NCBI GenBank assembly: GCA_900088475.1
Contig: FLMG01002325.1
Span: forward strand, 1 to 49,439
Length of the DNA: 49,439 nt
Reading direction: 5' to 3'
Source: Hyphochytrium catenoides
Lineage: Eukaryota > Protista > Hyphochytriomycota
This document shows, piece by piece, positions 12,291 through 24,062 of this stretch. The notes under the pieces are model-generated. The model was given only the letters and a program-made list of their open reading frames with translations, was not told where the DNA came from and ran no database searches. Position numbers and translations under genes: made by a program. Positions within the stretch are counted from its first letter, which is position 1. The number at the start of each line of letters is the position of its first letter.

Positions 12291-13346
12291 TGTGGCCGGT
12301 ACGAAGCAATCCAGTAATCAAGTTGAGCTGCTTGTTTAGGAGTGCATCTTGGCGTCTTCCTTGATAGGAGCAGGGGTTGATGACAACAGCCCTTATAAAC
12401 CAACTGATCAGCCCTGGCACGAATCAAGGAAAGAGACAAAGGTCCTGCGACCGCTGGGTGACTCGTTACGCCGTGAGAGTACTTGTCGCCGTTCCTCTGG
12501 TTTGTTGCCGTGCAGCTGCTGATTGTCTATCAGATTGGCTGAACACTGCTTTCAAGCTTTGGGTCTACCTGGCCTCACGACAGAGCAGAGTTCCTCGTTG
12601 GGTTACGATCGCCAGACTGCTTCTCAGAAGACTGGCAATCTTCTACTGTTCAAGCAAGCTAGTACCGCCCTCCAGCGTCTATATCAAGCTCGTCCTAGTT
12701 CTGACAAGCGATGTACACTTCCCCGCTCTTACTTAGCTGCTGAGCACCAGAATAGTTCTTCTTGGTATTTCTTTCGCGCACGCTCCTCATCAAGGAGCCC
12801 CTTTCTTCTTCTTACCTGCGACTACTCTCTACGGGGCCGACAGCTCCTCCTGTCTCTGCTCCCTAAGATCTAACCAACGGAGAAGGAGCAGGGAGGCTCC
12901 ACCCTAAGAAAAGTACTGAGAAGCAGAGATGAGAACAAAGCGGCGGCCACACTGCTGAGATCAGAAGATTTCTTCCCAGGTTGCACTTTCCGCCCAATAC
13001 TGCCGCTAACGGCGCTATATTGGGATTCAATCGGGAATATTTTACGGTGTATTCAATATAAAGGAATGCCATATCCCTGATGATGGGGGCCGTGAGTATG
13101 GAGATGACAAATAAGTGAGCTTTAATTAGGGATGATGTAAGTAAAATTCTGTATAGGCTTTTGTTGGGAATATACGTTAGCGGTCTTGTGGCGTGGCTGC
13201 ACTGGCTGCCACCCAACCTTCAGAATCCCAGCGTCACCGGAATCTGGAGCTCCATCATCGCCATCTGCGAAGCTTCCATAGCAAAAAGCAGAGATTATTG
13301 GAGCTTGGGCTTCTCTTCTTGTCGTGATTCATTTAGAAGTAACACA

Positions 13347-14015
13347 ATGAGACCACCACGCGGACGTGGACCTGGTCAGAGAGGTGGTGGCTTCCGCGGT
13401 GGGGGTCGCTTTGGTGGGCGAGGCGGAGGACGCGGAGAAGAAGGGCCTCCTGAATCTGTCTTGGGTAAGTACATGATGCACTCATAGGCTCTGTTGGCCT
13501 CTTTGCCCATCCTGACCACTATTAAACACTTCCTCTTAGAACTTGGAAAGTTCATGCATGCTTGTGAGGGCGAAATGGTTTGCATGTCAACGAACGAAAA
13601 AGTGCCATACTTCAATGCTGCCGCTTATCTAGAAAATAAGACAAAGATTGGGAAGATTGACGAGGTCTTCGGCACGGTGACACAGCTACTTTTCACCATC
13701 AAGACAGACACAGGGGTCACAGCGACTTCATTCAAGAAGGATGACAAGGTGTACATTAACCCAGAAAAGCTCTTACCACTGTCTAGATTCACCAACGATG
13801 GCCCTAAGGGTGCACCTCGAGGTGGTGGTCGGGGAGGAGGAAGAGGTGGCCGCGGTCCACCTGGCCGCGGTGGCCGCGGAGGATTCGGTGGCCGAGGAGG
13901 CGGAGGAGGACGTGGTGGCTTTGGAGGACGTGGTGGCTTTGGAGGACGCGGAGGTGGTGGAAGGGGTGGTGGCTTTAGAGGGGGCAGAGGAGGCTTCAGG
14001 GGTGGACGGGGATAA
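13347..14015 (+). CDS. GAR1: H/ACA snoRNP subunit Gar1; one intron at 13465-13539
   Basis: GPPESVL|[38 protein letters not shown]...KLLPLSRF core flanked by RGG-rich GAR tracts. Confidence 0.97.
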
Positions 14016-14483
14016 GCCCTTGCAGTTTAAAGCGAAGCTGCGCCACTCCATCCGCTTTGGTCTCCGTCCCCTTCGATCAGTGGCAACTACTCTCTCTCTT
14101 TGAGGACCTAGCCCGGTCTGGCCCTGCAGTTTGCCCTGCTTTGTGGCTCCAGTTGATGACGTAGAGAATGGAGCTGCTGGGTTCGGTGTGATTATCATCT
14201 AGGTGCCATTTCTTGGAGTTTTTCGTGGCCTATTCACAACCCTCTTAAGGGGAATGTACCATGCTCACTGAGGTTATACTGCAGGGGGATTACCTTGTAT
14301 ATCAATACTTCTAACCCTTAACTATCCTTTAAACACGATCACAAAAGACTGAGCAGAGATCAGACCAGAAAGCTAGTGGATACGATCAGGGCTGTGCCAT
14401 TGAAGACCAACAAAGTGAAAGCTTCCTCATTGCGGTCATGAACAATCCTCCTCTTAGAACGGACGCAGTTGGCGCCATCTTGG

Positions 14484-16493
14484 TTATGCCTCTGGCCCAA
14501 ACATCGTGCTGGATGCTTCGCTCTTCTTCGTATCCGCGTCTGTATCTCGACAGCTGGTGATGGCCTCAACGTACTGGATGATCTCATCGTAGCCTTCCGT
14601 CATTTCCTTCGTCCACTCAAGGCAACGCTTTGTTTGTTTTGTCTTAGCAGCCGTCAGCTGCTTCACGGTTTCTGTTAGGTGTCCAAAGTACAGGGTTAAC
14701 ACCTGCAATCGCTCTATGCGCAGCATCTCCTCAATAGACTTGTCCAATAAAAAGCGTAGAGGCAGGTAGTCTGAGCTCAATCCTATGAACCGGAAGCCGC
14801 TAGTAACCACTTCAGGGGTAGGAGCTACGTCTTGAACTGAAAGTTGCACAGTGGCTTTTCTCGAGAATATGGCAAAGGGGGATGGAAGAAGGTCGCTTCT
14901 CCTTACTCTAAAGCCGAAGTAAGGATACGTCAGGAGGTCCTCTCGACTTTTGACATATTCTGCAAGGTTCACCAGGCGGACGGCTTTGGAGCGCTTCACA
15001 GCCTCCTCGATTGTGTTGCTCATGGTTGCAATGCTCAGGACAAGACAAGAGAGAGGGATGAGTAGGACAAAGCAAAGGTAGAGCAACTGAAAGAGAGTAG
15101 AATCTCCGTAGTAGCCTAGGTTGTGCTGCTGGTCCGACACCGAGAGAGTTAAAAAGAAAGCCCAGCCGGCTAAATCCAGTGGCTTCTCTCTCGGATACGG
15201 AAACTCTACGGGTTTAGGTGATGCGGTGAGTCGCAGTCCTAAGGTCAAACCGGGAAGTATAGTCAGGACCATAAGGGCAATGGGCCCGATATCCTTCTTA
15301 AGGGCGACTTCATAGGCAATAAATAAGTGGCCAATGCTGCTCTGAAGCTTCATATACTGGAAGGACCAGAGCCACATAAGCAGGATGAATAGAGCTTGCA
15401 AACTCTTCTTTGTTTCCCCTCCTATAGCCATCTCCGAACCAAGTGGTAGCGTCACGCTCAGTGCCAGCAGAAGCCCGATGAACAGGGACATGCGGCTAGG
15501 AGCGCGGCTACTCAGACAGTTCCCACCTTCCTCATCTGCTCCTGCCTCTTTCTTCACCCGTAGACGATGAGCCGAGAGATCGAAGAATAAGGTCAGCACG
15601 AAGAAGAAAACTAACAGTGCTACTGTGAGCCAATTGCAAACCGGCATCCAGCTAGCTGTAGTCGTCTCGTACTGCTGAGAACCGCCTTCGGGATGTAGTT
15701 CAGGAAAGCCATAAAGCACTGAGATGTTAGCGAGTACCATCAAAGCCACGTAGAGCGTGATCTCTACCCAGAGATACTTTCGAAGCTGCAGTAACTTCCA
15801 TTGTAACAGCGCCTTGATCACGGGATGAGTGATAATCTCTACGCGACCCTGAGAGGTCTCTATCAACGAGTGGAAAGGTGTGACTCCTGGTGAAATTCTT
15901 GAGCCGTCAGGGAGAGGAACGGTCGTCAGTGGATGGTCGAGGTTTTCTAAGCCAAGGACATGGTACTCGCACTGTGTCCCAGTGAGCCTCGTAGCGACTT
16001 CAAAGTAGAAAGTATTGAGCACCTTCAGGACGATGTTAGGCCTATTGTCAATGAACTGTGTACTCATTATGACAGCCTCAGCTGGAGCACCACCCGCATG
16101 ACCCAGCAGAAGGTCAAGCATCTGGTGCTGTTTGTCTTCATTGCTTGCGACGGGGGAAAAGAAGGCATGGTACCAAGCACTTCGACCCTTCTGGTCCCGG
16201 ATGGACGGATCTCCCCCATTCCGTAGAAGAAGTTTCACCATCTCATACCTGTACATCTCAACCGCTTTGTTGAGCGCGGTAAAGTCATCATCATGGCGAT
16301 GATTTATGTTTGCACCGCTAGCTATTGCCGCCAGAACACCCTTTGCGTTCCCTGTAAGGCATGCGTCCAAGAGCTTCGCATTCTGCAGACCAACGCCACT
16401 CTCTGGCAATCTTAGGGACTTGCCCCTGGTCTTTGACATCTTCCCCATCGTGTCGCTGTAAGAGGAGAACTTCGCTCCTTCAGAGCCGCTCAC
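14484..16493 (-). CDS. Ankyrin-repeat TRP-family cation channel (TRPA/TRPV-like), apparently intronless, 669 aa
   Basis: 2-3 N-terminal ankyrin repeats, pre-S1 motif IITHPVIKALLQWK, about six hydrophobic helices with a pore loop, S6 end LSIATMSNT, a TRP-like helix and a C-terminal coiled coil. Confidence 0.8.
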   Translation of the reverse strand: MSGSEGAKFSSYSDTMGKMSKTRGKSLRLPESGVGLQNAKLLDACLTGNAKGVLAAIASGANINHRHDDDFTALNKAVEMYRYEMVKLLLRNGGDPSIRDQKGRSAWYHAFFSPVASNEDKQHQMLDLLLGHAGGAPAEAVIMSTQFIDNRPNIVLKVLNTFYFEVATRLTGTQCEYHVLGLENLDHPLTTVPLPDGSRISPGVTPFHSLIETSQGRVEIITHPVIKALLQWKLLQLRKYLWVEITLYVALMVLANISVLYGFPELHPEGGSQQYETTTASWMPVCNWLTVALLVFFFVLTLFFDLSAHRLRVKKEAGADEEGGNCLSSRAPSRMSLFIGLLLALSVTLPLGSEMAIGGETKKSLQALFILLMWLWSFQYMKLQSSIGHLFIAYEVALKKDIGPIALMVLTILPGLTLGLRLTASPKPVEFPYPREKPLDLAGWAFFLTLSVSDQQHNLGYYGDSTLFQLLYLCFVLLIPLSCLVLSIATMSNTIEEAVKRSKAVRLVNLAEYVKSREDLLTYPYFGFRVRRSDLLPSPFAIFSRKATVQLSVQDVAPTPEVVTSGFRFIGLSSDYLPLRFLLDKSIEEMLRIERLQVLTLYFGHLTETVKQLTAAKTKQTKRCLEWTKEMTEGYDEIIQYVEAITSCRDTDADTKKSEASSTMFGPEA

Positions 16494-17760
16494 ATGCTTT
16501 TTATATGGCTAACTTGAAGGCACTACCTAGGAGTCAACGAGTGGCCGGAACTACGGGTGAGCCCATTTGCCCTTAGACCTCATTGCTGCAGAAAGCATTG
16601 ACCCGCATTCTCAACGCAAGCTCCCCTGCCGTCGCCTCACGAATGCCGGTCTCCGTACGCAGCTCAGTAGTGAGAAAACTTCCTCCTCTTTCTCTCGCAT
16701 CTGCCTCCTTTCTCATCTTCACTCGGAAGCCACATACCGCGTCCTGCCGTCCGCCTTCATGAAGGTAAGTGACGGCAATACCAAGGAAGAAGAGGCTCCG
16801 GTCAAGGAAGAAGATGCGGACGCGAACTCTGTAACCCCCAATAACATCAAGGCTATGGGGGTGTATGCTCCCTCCTAAAATAATCAATCTATAGTTATCA
16901 ATAAGATAACTACACTCAGTATAGTTTTTGTACATCACAGACAGAGTGATTAGGTGCGGTGAGAAATAACGCAGCAAGATGTAGAGCATCAGTGTCTATG
17001 TATGGCATGTACGAAACAGATCGTGTTGAGATACGTCTGGACCATGGTGAGAGATATTTACGAAAGGAAGGATGGACATAAATGAGGCAACAAACCCCCG
17101 CGCCACCCCTCCCCTCTTCCTTCCTCCCTGATCAACATCTCTCCAAACACGGTTAAGGATCAGTGAGGCAGCGGTTTAGATGGCGATGTTATAGAAGGAA
17201 AAGAGGCATAGGATCAGGTTTAGGAAGATGCGCTAGGTGATGACAGGTGTCGCTCTGATGGATTGGGCGCTGAAACAAACAGACAGAGACGTGCAAGACA
17301 GAGGCATCAGGACCGCGAGAAAGAGTGAGAACTAAAGCGAGGGAGAGAGACAGACAGAGAAAGGATAATAAAGGGAGAAGATCTGGTAAGAGAAAGGAAG
17401 AGTGGGGCAGACAGACAACGAAAGAGAGAGAGAAGACAAAAAAAGAGAGAAAGAGGAGAGAGAGAGTAATGGACATCTTCCCCGACTTCCAGACGCCCGT
17501 CACTGTCCTTTGTCTGTCACCGTCAGCACTCGGCCAACATTGCCGTTCAGCTACTGTTTCCCAGCGCAGCAAGACTGAGACTCCATTTCTCCTTTTGTGA
17601 CTACTGGCCACTTTCGAGTCAGTGGCTCTTTATAAAAAAGCTCAAACAGCCTGGCGGCGGCATTGGCAGTGAAGGTCTGGGCAATCTTCTCAGGCACCGC
17701 GGTGTTGAAGCTTCGAATGCGCATCAGAGGTCAGGGCTTCAGCTCAACGTAGAAGGATCG

Positions 17761-19767
17761 ATGGAAGACTTCTCGTTTTTGCTGTCCACCGCTATACTCA
17801 GCGTTATTATCGGTGGAGCTGTCGTCTTCTACTCTAATAAGACGAAGTATTATAACTCGGCCGCTAATAGCAAGAAGTCCACATTCTTGCCGAATGGCTC
17901 TGCGGTCCATGCGCAGAATGGTGTCCATACCGTCGAGAAGAAACCAGAGCCCCAACATCACTATCCAGGAGGCAAGGTAGCCCTCTTCTTCGGCTCTCAG
18001 ACAGGTACCGCCGAGGGCTTCTGCAACGATCTGGCCAAAGAGGGCAAGGAAGCAGGCTTTGACACCGCTGTCATTGACCTTGAAGAGTTTGACCTTGAAA
18101 GCTTGGACCAGTACACTTTCTGTGCCTTTCTCTTGGCTACGTATGGGGAAGGTGAGCCTACCGACAATGCAGCGACTTTCTTTCGTTGGCTGAAGGACAA
18201 GAGTGGGGAGCTCACCCCGGAGACGCTAACCGGGAAGAAGTTTACTGTCTTTGGCCTTGGGAACCGTCAATACGAGCACTATAACTTTATGGGAAGGTTT
18301 GTCGACAAGCGTCTTGAGGAGCTTGGAGGGGAGCGGGTATACAAGTACGGAGAAGGTGATGACGACGGCACTCTTGAGGAGGATTTCGAGGCTTGGAAGG
18401 AGGAGCTATGGCCCTCTATGAAAACTCACTTCCTGAGCTCCAGCGAACAGAGCAGCGTAGACCACGAAGCTTCAGGGCTGAAGCCAGAGTCTCTCGACAT
18501 CGAGGTGGAATACCTAACTGAAGAACAGGCAAAGAAGATGAGCTCAGAGATCTCCTCGGAAAAGATGAACAGAACTACCAAGCATTTCTTCACTGCAGAC
18601 ACTCTCTCTGTCCTTAAAAACCAAGAGCTGCGGCAGGACGCGACCGATGGCTCTACGAAGCACATAGAGCTCGACATCTCTGGTACAAGGGTTAATTATG
18701 AGATTGCCGATAACCTTGCGGTTCTACCTGACAACGATCACGAGGAAGTAGCCAGAATAGCAATGTCTCAGGGCTATAATCTAGACCAGTACATCACCCT
18801 CAAGAAGGTGAACGAGACAGCAGACGTGAAGTTCCCATTTCCATTCCCTTGCACGGTGCGGACTGTCCTTACTCGGTATTGTGACATCCTTACTCCTCCT
18901 AGACGGGCAATGCTCAAATCTTTCGCAGTCTTCGCCTCAGACAAGAAAGAGCAGGACAGGCTCCTCTTTCTTGCAGGGAAAGAAGGGAAAGAGGAGTTTG
19001 TCTCGTGGATAGAGAAGGAAAGGCGGACGATCGCTGAGGTGTTGGAGGCCTTCCCCTCGCTGAAGATCCCTCTAGACCATCTCATGTATAACCTGCCCAA
19101 CCTCAGTCCGCGATATTATACCATTTCCTCCTCGCCATCTGTACACAGTGGTGCCATCCACGTCACAGTCAGTGTCGTCAAGGATAACAAGGGAGACGGA
19201 AGGATTCACCGTGGTGTCTGCTCAAACTACCTGGATGAGCTCGTCCCTGGCAAGAGTAAAGTCCCTGTCTTTGTGAGAACGTCCACTTTTCGTCTGCCCA
19301 AGGACCCGTTGAAGCCCATTATTATGGTGGGGCCAGGGACAGGAATAGCTCCAATGAGAGCCTTTTTACAAGAGAAAGCTAGACAAAAGAAAGAAGCAGA
19401 TAAGGTTGGTCCAGTTGTCCTCTTCTTTGGCTGCAGGAAGAGAAGCCAAGACTTCATTTATAAGGAGGAGCTGGAGCACTATCAAAATCAGGGCTTCCTC
19501 ACTCTCTACACAGCTTTCTCTCGAGAGCAAGAGAAGAAGATCTATGTACAGGATAGACTTAGAGAGAAAGGGGAGGAGATGTGGAAGCTCGTCCATGACG
19601 GAGGAGCTTACATCTACGTCTGCGGTGGAACAGGAATGGGACAGGATGTAATGGCTGCGTTTGTTGAGATTGCCAAGAGAGAGGGGAAGATGTCGGACCA
19701 GGAGGCGTCTGCATATGTGAAGAATCTCCAAGAGCAGCACAGGTACATTCAGGAGTTGTGGTCCTAA
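17761..19767 (+). CDS. CPR: NADPH-cytochrome P450 reductase, intronless, 668 aa
   Basis: N-terminal membrane anchor; FMN motifs FFGSQTGTAE, ATYGEGEPTDNA and VFGLGNRQYEHYN; FAD motifs PRYYTISSS and GVCSNYL; NADPH motifs MVGPGTGIAPMR, FFGCR, AFSR, KIYVQ and YVCG; terminal ELWS. Confidence 0.96.
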   Translation: MEDFSFLLSTAILSVIIGGAVVFYSNKTKYYNSAANSKKSTFLPNGSAVHAQNGVHTVEKKPEPQHHYPGGKVALFFGSQTGTAEGFCNDLAKEGKEAGFDTAVIDLEEFDLESLDQYTFCAFLLATYGEGEPTDNAATFFRWLKDKSGELTPETLTGKKFTVFGLGNRQYEHYNFMGRFVDKRLEELGGERVYKYGEGDDDGTLEEDFEAWKEELWPSMKTHFLSSSEQSSVDHEASGLKPESLDIEVEYLTEEQAKKMSSEISSEKMNRTTKHFFTADTLSVLKNQELRQDATDGSTKHIELDISGTRVNYEIADNLAVLPDNDHEEVARIAMSQGYNLDQYITLKKVNETADVKFPFPFPCTVRTVLTRYCDILTPPRRAMLKSFAVFASDKKEQDRLLFLAGKEGKEEFVSWIEKERRTIAEVLEAFPSLKIPLDHLMYNLPNLSPRYYTISSSPSVHSGAIHVTVSVVKDNKGDGRIHRGVCSNYLDELVPGKSKVPVFVRTSTFRLPKDPLKPIIMVGPGTGIAPMRAFLQEKARQKKEADKVGPVVLFFGCRKRSQDFIYKEELEHYQNQGFLTLYTAFSREQEKKIYVQDRLREKGEEMWKLVHDGGAYIYVCGGTGMGQDVMAAFVEIAKREGKMSDQEASAYVKNLQEQHRYIQELWS

Positions 19768-19949
19768 GAAGGAAAAACAAAAAGACTGACAGATGGAATG
19801 CAAAGGGCAAAGAGTCCTTACTATGGGGAATGGGTCACATTGCTTGCCTTGTGGCAATAAAGTAAGTAGCTCTAGGTGGAAGGACCTGGATGACGAAAGG
19901 TTCCAGCGTCCTAAGAAGACGTGCTAACTTTTTAAGTTAACCAACTGGC

Positions 19950-21754
19950 TTAGCTTTCTTTTGGGAAGAAGAGCTTTATCGTGTTGTTATAGATCTGTGC
20001 TGCGAGCTGCTCCTCATCTTCCACTCCACGCACTCCAGCCACAACTTCAAAGACTTGCCTTTGAGCAAAGATCAGTCAGATGAGAGTGAGAGGGAAAATG
20101 TTATAGGACTTGTGGAGGAGGAACAGAATTCTCTGAAGAGAGAGGTAGACGGAGGAAAGAAGATTGTAAGGTGACCAAACTAAACAGAATCTGCTGAGAC
20201 AGGATGCTCACGCACTTCTGTCAAAACAAGGATGCTATGGAGTCTAGATGCACTATGCCACTGGGCAGCATGAAAATAGAACCCATGCAAGATGGCAACG
20301 AGTTGAGGGAGAGGGGAAAGGAAAGAAAACGTCTACGCGCTAGGATTCATGCCACGGGCCTCCGTCACTCTTTTGTTTCTTTCATCTGATGACAACGATG
20401 GCAAGGGCGATGGATTACCTGATTGTGCAGGGCTCGTTTCTGCCCTTGACCATTTCTCCCTTGATAAACTTCTCCGGCTTCACAGTGTTGAATTTTGTCC
20501 GAAGGAACTTAGAACTGGCGTGCGTGTTCCGTACATCGCACCAGGGTGCATCTAACAATGCACAGGGGTCATAAAGAATAGACTGAGGGAGAGATAACAG
20601 AGAGATACAGAGGCAATACAGAGTGTTGGAAAGGTGCTGAACGTAGAGAGACCTTTACCTGTCTCAAGGAGCAGCTTGTCAAGAGGAATATGCTTTAAAA
20701 CCTCCAGATTCTCTTCCTTTTTCAACGAACAGCCATTAATGCCTGGTCGGAAGAGTGCGTAAGAGCTTCTACTGCCAGTGTTCTAAGGCCCTTCAGCTAG
20801 ACCTCTTTTCTTCTCGACCTTGTTTTAACGTTTGACCCATCATCATTCCTGAGTAATGGGCACGCCAACCTCTCTCTAGATCTTACCAATGTAGAGATCT
20901 AAGTCTAACAATAACTGCAACTCCTCTAGCGTCCCGTCAAACGAGTGCACTACCGCAGCTGACAGCTTTTCCCTATGGGGCCTCAAGATCTCTGCGCCAG
21001 GAAAACCACGTAAAGGAAGGTGTAATGAATTTCCGTCAACGCAGAGGTACAAGGAGAGGACGGGGAGGGGGCGCAAACGATTCTCAAGGTCATCAAGTGT
21101 CGCATTCACCCTTTCGACCGTGCCGGGCAATGAACAGACGGACGCTTTACCTGCAAGATCATGTCCAGCATTTCTGCAATGCAAAAACATAGGCAAGCGC
21201 AGCTCTTTGGCTATTTGGATTTGCCGTTCAAAGTATTGGCGCTGCACCTCCCTGGGACAGAACTCTGTTCGATCATAGTCCAATCCGCACTCGCCAACCG
21301 CAACAACTTTCTTTTCTTCCTGGCCCTGCTTCGACAATTCGAGCAGCTGCTGATAATGCGCATCGGGACCGTTGGGGTCACTCTCGAAGTCCCCACAGCG
21401 GGTAGGGTGGACGCCAATAGTGCAGGTGAGATAGTCGGCCTTCTTAGAGTATTCTAGTGCTTCTTGGCTTTCCTTCAGGCTGGTACCTATCTTAGTGAGG
21501 TTGTTTATAAGCTGAACGTGCAGGCTACGCCCCATCGTCGCTTACCAGTGATAATGATCCGTTCCACTCCTGCCTCATTACTGCGACGGAGCACATCCTC
21601 AAGATCATCCTGCGGAGACTGTTGGTCAACTCTTCACGTGCTTTTAAGGCTGATTAGGCCGTGACCAGGTCCAAACCTCATGCTTCTGCTTCCCACGGTA
21701 TTCCCCTCGAAACATAGGGTCCATAAGATTGACGGCAATGTCTATGAACTTCAT
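19950..21754 (-). CDS. TATDN1: TatD-family DNase (TATDN1-like), multi-exon
   Basis: [84 protein letters not shown]; last exon [15 protein letters not shown]. Confidence 0.93.
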
Positions 21755-23004
21755 CTTCCCAACTAATCGACTGTCTCCCGCCCGAGAGTGATAATCCCTC
21801 CTCGTATTGCCTTGCACTGCACAACACGCACTCCAAGCTTTGCAGTCAACACCTCGGCTCGTATATGCTAAGCACCGTCGGTACGTCAACATCCATAGTC
21901 CAGATAGGGAACTCTAGGGTACCCTTTAGCTGTAGGTCCCAAGCGGCTTGCCTTTGGCAGTTCTTTCTCAGTTCTCTATCCAGTCGCCAGTCAGCCGACA
22001 GACCATCTCATCTCCAGGCTCCAAGAGAGATTTCTGAGCTTCGTCCAATCTTCAGATCTTCACACAGACTACCCACAGATTTACTGACCGCTAACGCCCA
22101 TTTGAAAAGGGTAAAGCACCAGGACAAACCGTTCGAGTAGAACGACGACCGCATTCGGTCCGTGTTGTAGCTTCGGTAGCTAAAAGGTAATCCTCACGTT
22201 TTGCTTTATCAGTCCAATATATTCGGCTAGATCCAGGTAATATCTTGGTGCTTTGCAATCCTTTTCGGGTCTTAGATCTGGGGCGTTACATTTCTCTTGT
22301 GGCTGTGAGGTTGGCAAGTCAGAAGTTGATGGGAGGCAACCAGCAGCACTAAGACTTATGGACTAGAGGGCCAGACCACAGCGCTGAGTGCACCTACATG
22401 GAAGCTCATCCCTCCGGTCTTGATTCATTGGGCTAGCCTGCGCTGTTTCTCTGCATTGGCGGCCCAAATGTGTTGCTGGCCAGTGACTATGGCTCTGGCA
22501 GCAAGTCGTACCATTTCTCCCCTACTCCGTCCCCTCTCTTTCCGTCAGTTCTCTTTCTTGATCCGCACTGTCTCCCTCACTCGGTCTTAGGACTAATTGT
22601 CAGTAGTAAAGGAGCCACTTGCTGCTGCTGCAGCCGAAGTTGCCGGTGACAGAAGAGAAAAGTTTTGGCATTAACAAGACGTGTCCCTCAGTCCTCAGGC
22701 GTAAAGTATCATAGGCGTAATGCACTACTAGTCCTTTGCGAATTATCTATACCGGCGACGTTAGCCAGGACTGGTGGACTGACTGACTGAAGCATCAATC
22801 GCGTAGGAGCTACTCAAGAAGTTCTTGGGGCTTGCTTCTAAAGCTTGACTTGCCTCCTTGTTTTCTTTCCCTTCCATCCGATTAACAAATCTCCGCTCTC
22901 CTGGAGGGCAAAGATGCCTGGTTAATCGCCCAAGTCGTCTGAAGGGGTGTGCATTGCGGAGATTATGCTCATGGGAAGGTTGCCCCAGCTAACTTCTACG
23001 AAAA

Positions 23005-23866
23005 ATGTCCTCCCGATCTGAAGGACTCTGTGAGGGAAGGCCAAGTCTCTTCATGAAAAGAAGCTCAATACAGCCTGCGGATGCCCCTCCTATCAAAGCA
23101 AAGACGAGCCCCGCCATCAGCATCCAGCTTGGGGTTGAGTGTCCTCAGAGTCCATCCTCTGTTGCCATCACGCAAGTAGCGCGTGGCAATAGTGGAATAT
23201 TCAACAGGCGATCAGAACGCATATGCCCTTCACCCGAGAAGCCTAACGAATTGAGTGGACCGCGGTGCTCTCTGCAGTTTGCTGACAAGCAGGCCTCAGA
23301 ACGCGCTCAGAAACTTGTGCCAGCCCGTACATCGCCCAAGTTCTATAAAGCGCAGGGTACGAACTTGACTAGCCTCCTTGTCTCTAACCCTTCTATCACT
23401 CTCCGTTTCCTTTATTTCGGCTCTTCGTCTTATCCTTCTCTCTGCGCACGATGCTTCAGAGTGCCTAGGTTAGATTCTTCTCTGCCACGACCGTGTGATG
23501 CGTATCAGTCCTCCTTGCATTGCTTTTCATTGCTATGAGCAAGAGTACTTATCATCATACTTCTCATATATCATATCGAGGATTAAGTATACCCTATCTT
23601 TATGCACGACAGCGCTCCCTGAAGTCGCCATCACCAATCACCGGGCAGAACTGCCAAAAATCGTCTATAAGGCTCCATCGGGCGCCGTTCGCGCACCCGC
23701 AAGCCCACATGGCACAATTCAGGAACAAGTCGCAGCATCTATGCAATCAACAGAGGAGGACGACGGCGAAACTACCGCTTTAACCTTCACGCCAACTAGT
23801 CGAAGACGAACTATAGCTTGGGCGGAAAATAGCGAACAACAGCCGCCACCTCACCCAGCAGTGTAG
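23005..23866 (+). CDS. Hypothetical Ser/Pro-rich protein, probably spliced
   Basis: Two consecutive ORFs (23005-23538, 23495-23866) with disordered S/P/R-rich composition and a donor-like AG|GGTACG at ~23355. No family recognised. Confidence 0.35.
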
Positions 23867-24062
23867 ATGATGACTTCTTCCTGCTAGCTCCCATACCCTT
23901 CTTCCTACCTCGCTGTTCCCGTTCTCATCCAAGGTGGGGACTCTTTCAGTCTGGAGTCGCACGAATAAGTGTCCTTTCTCTGTGGCTCCCACAACCCTTG
24001 TGCAGACAGCTGCTCTGCTTTAATCTATTATTTATCGCTCTGTACAAAGAGCGTGGTAACCT

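Noticed and set aside
13070-13150. TGATGA motifs as a C/D box snoRNA (also ~26085 and ~33675)
   Set aside because: No properly placed CTGA D box with a terminal stem, and no recognisable guide.
21900-23000. Possible small spliced gene (also 12380-12900, 30900-31620 and 33300-33900)
   Set aside because: Splice-like signals exist but I could not build a coherent, recognisable reading frame.
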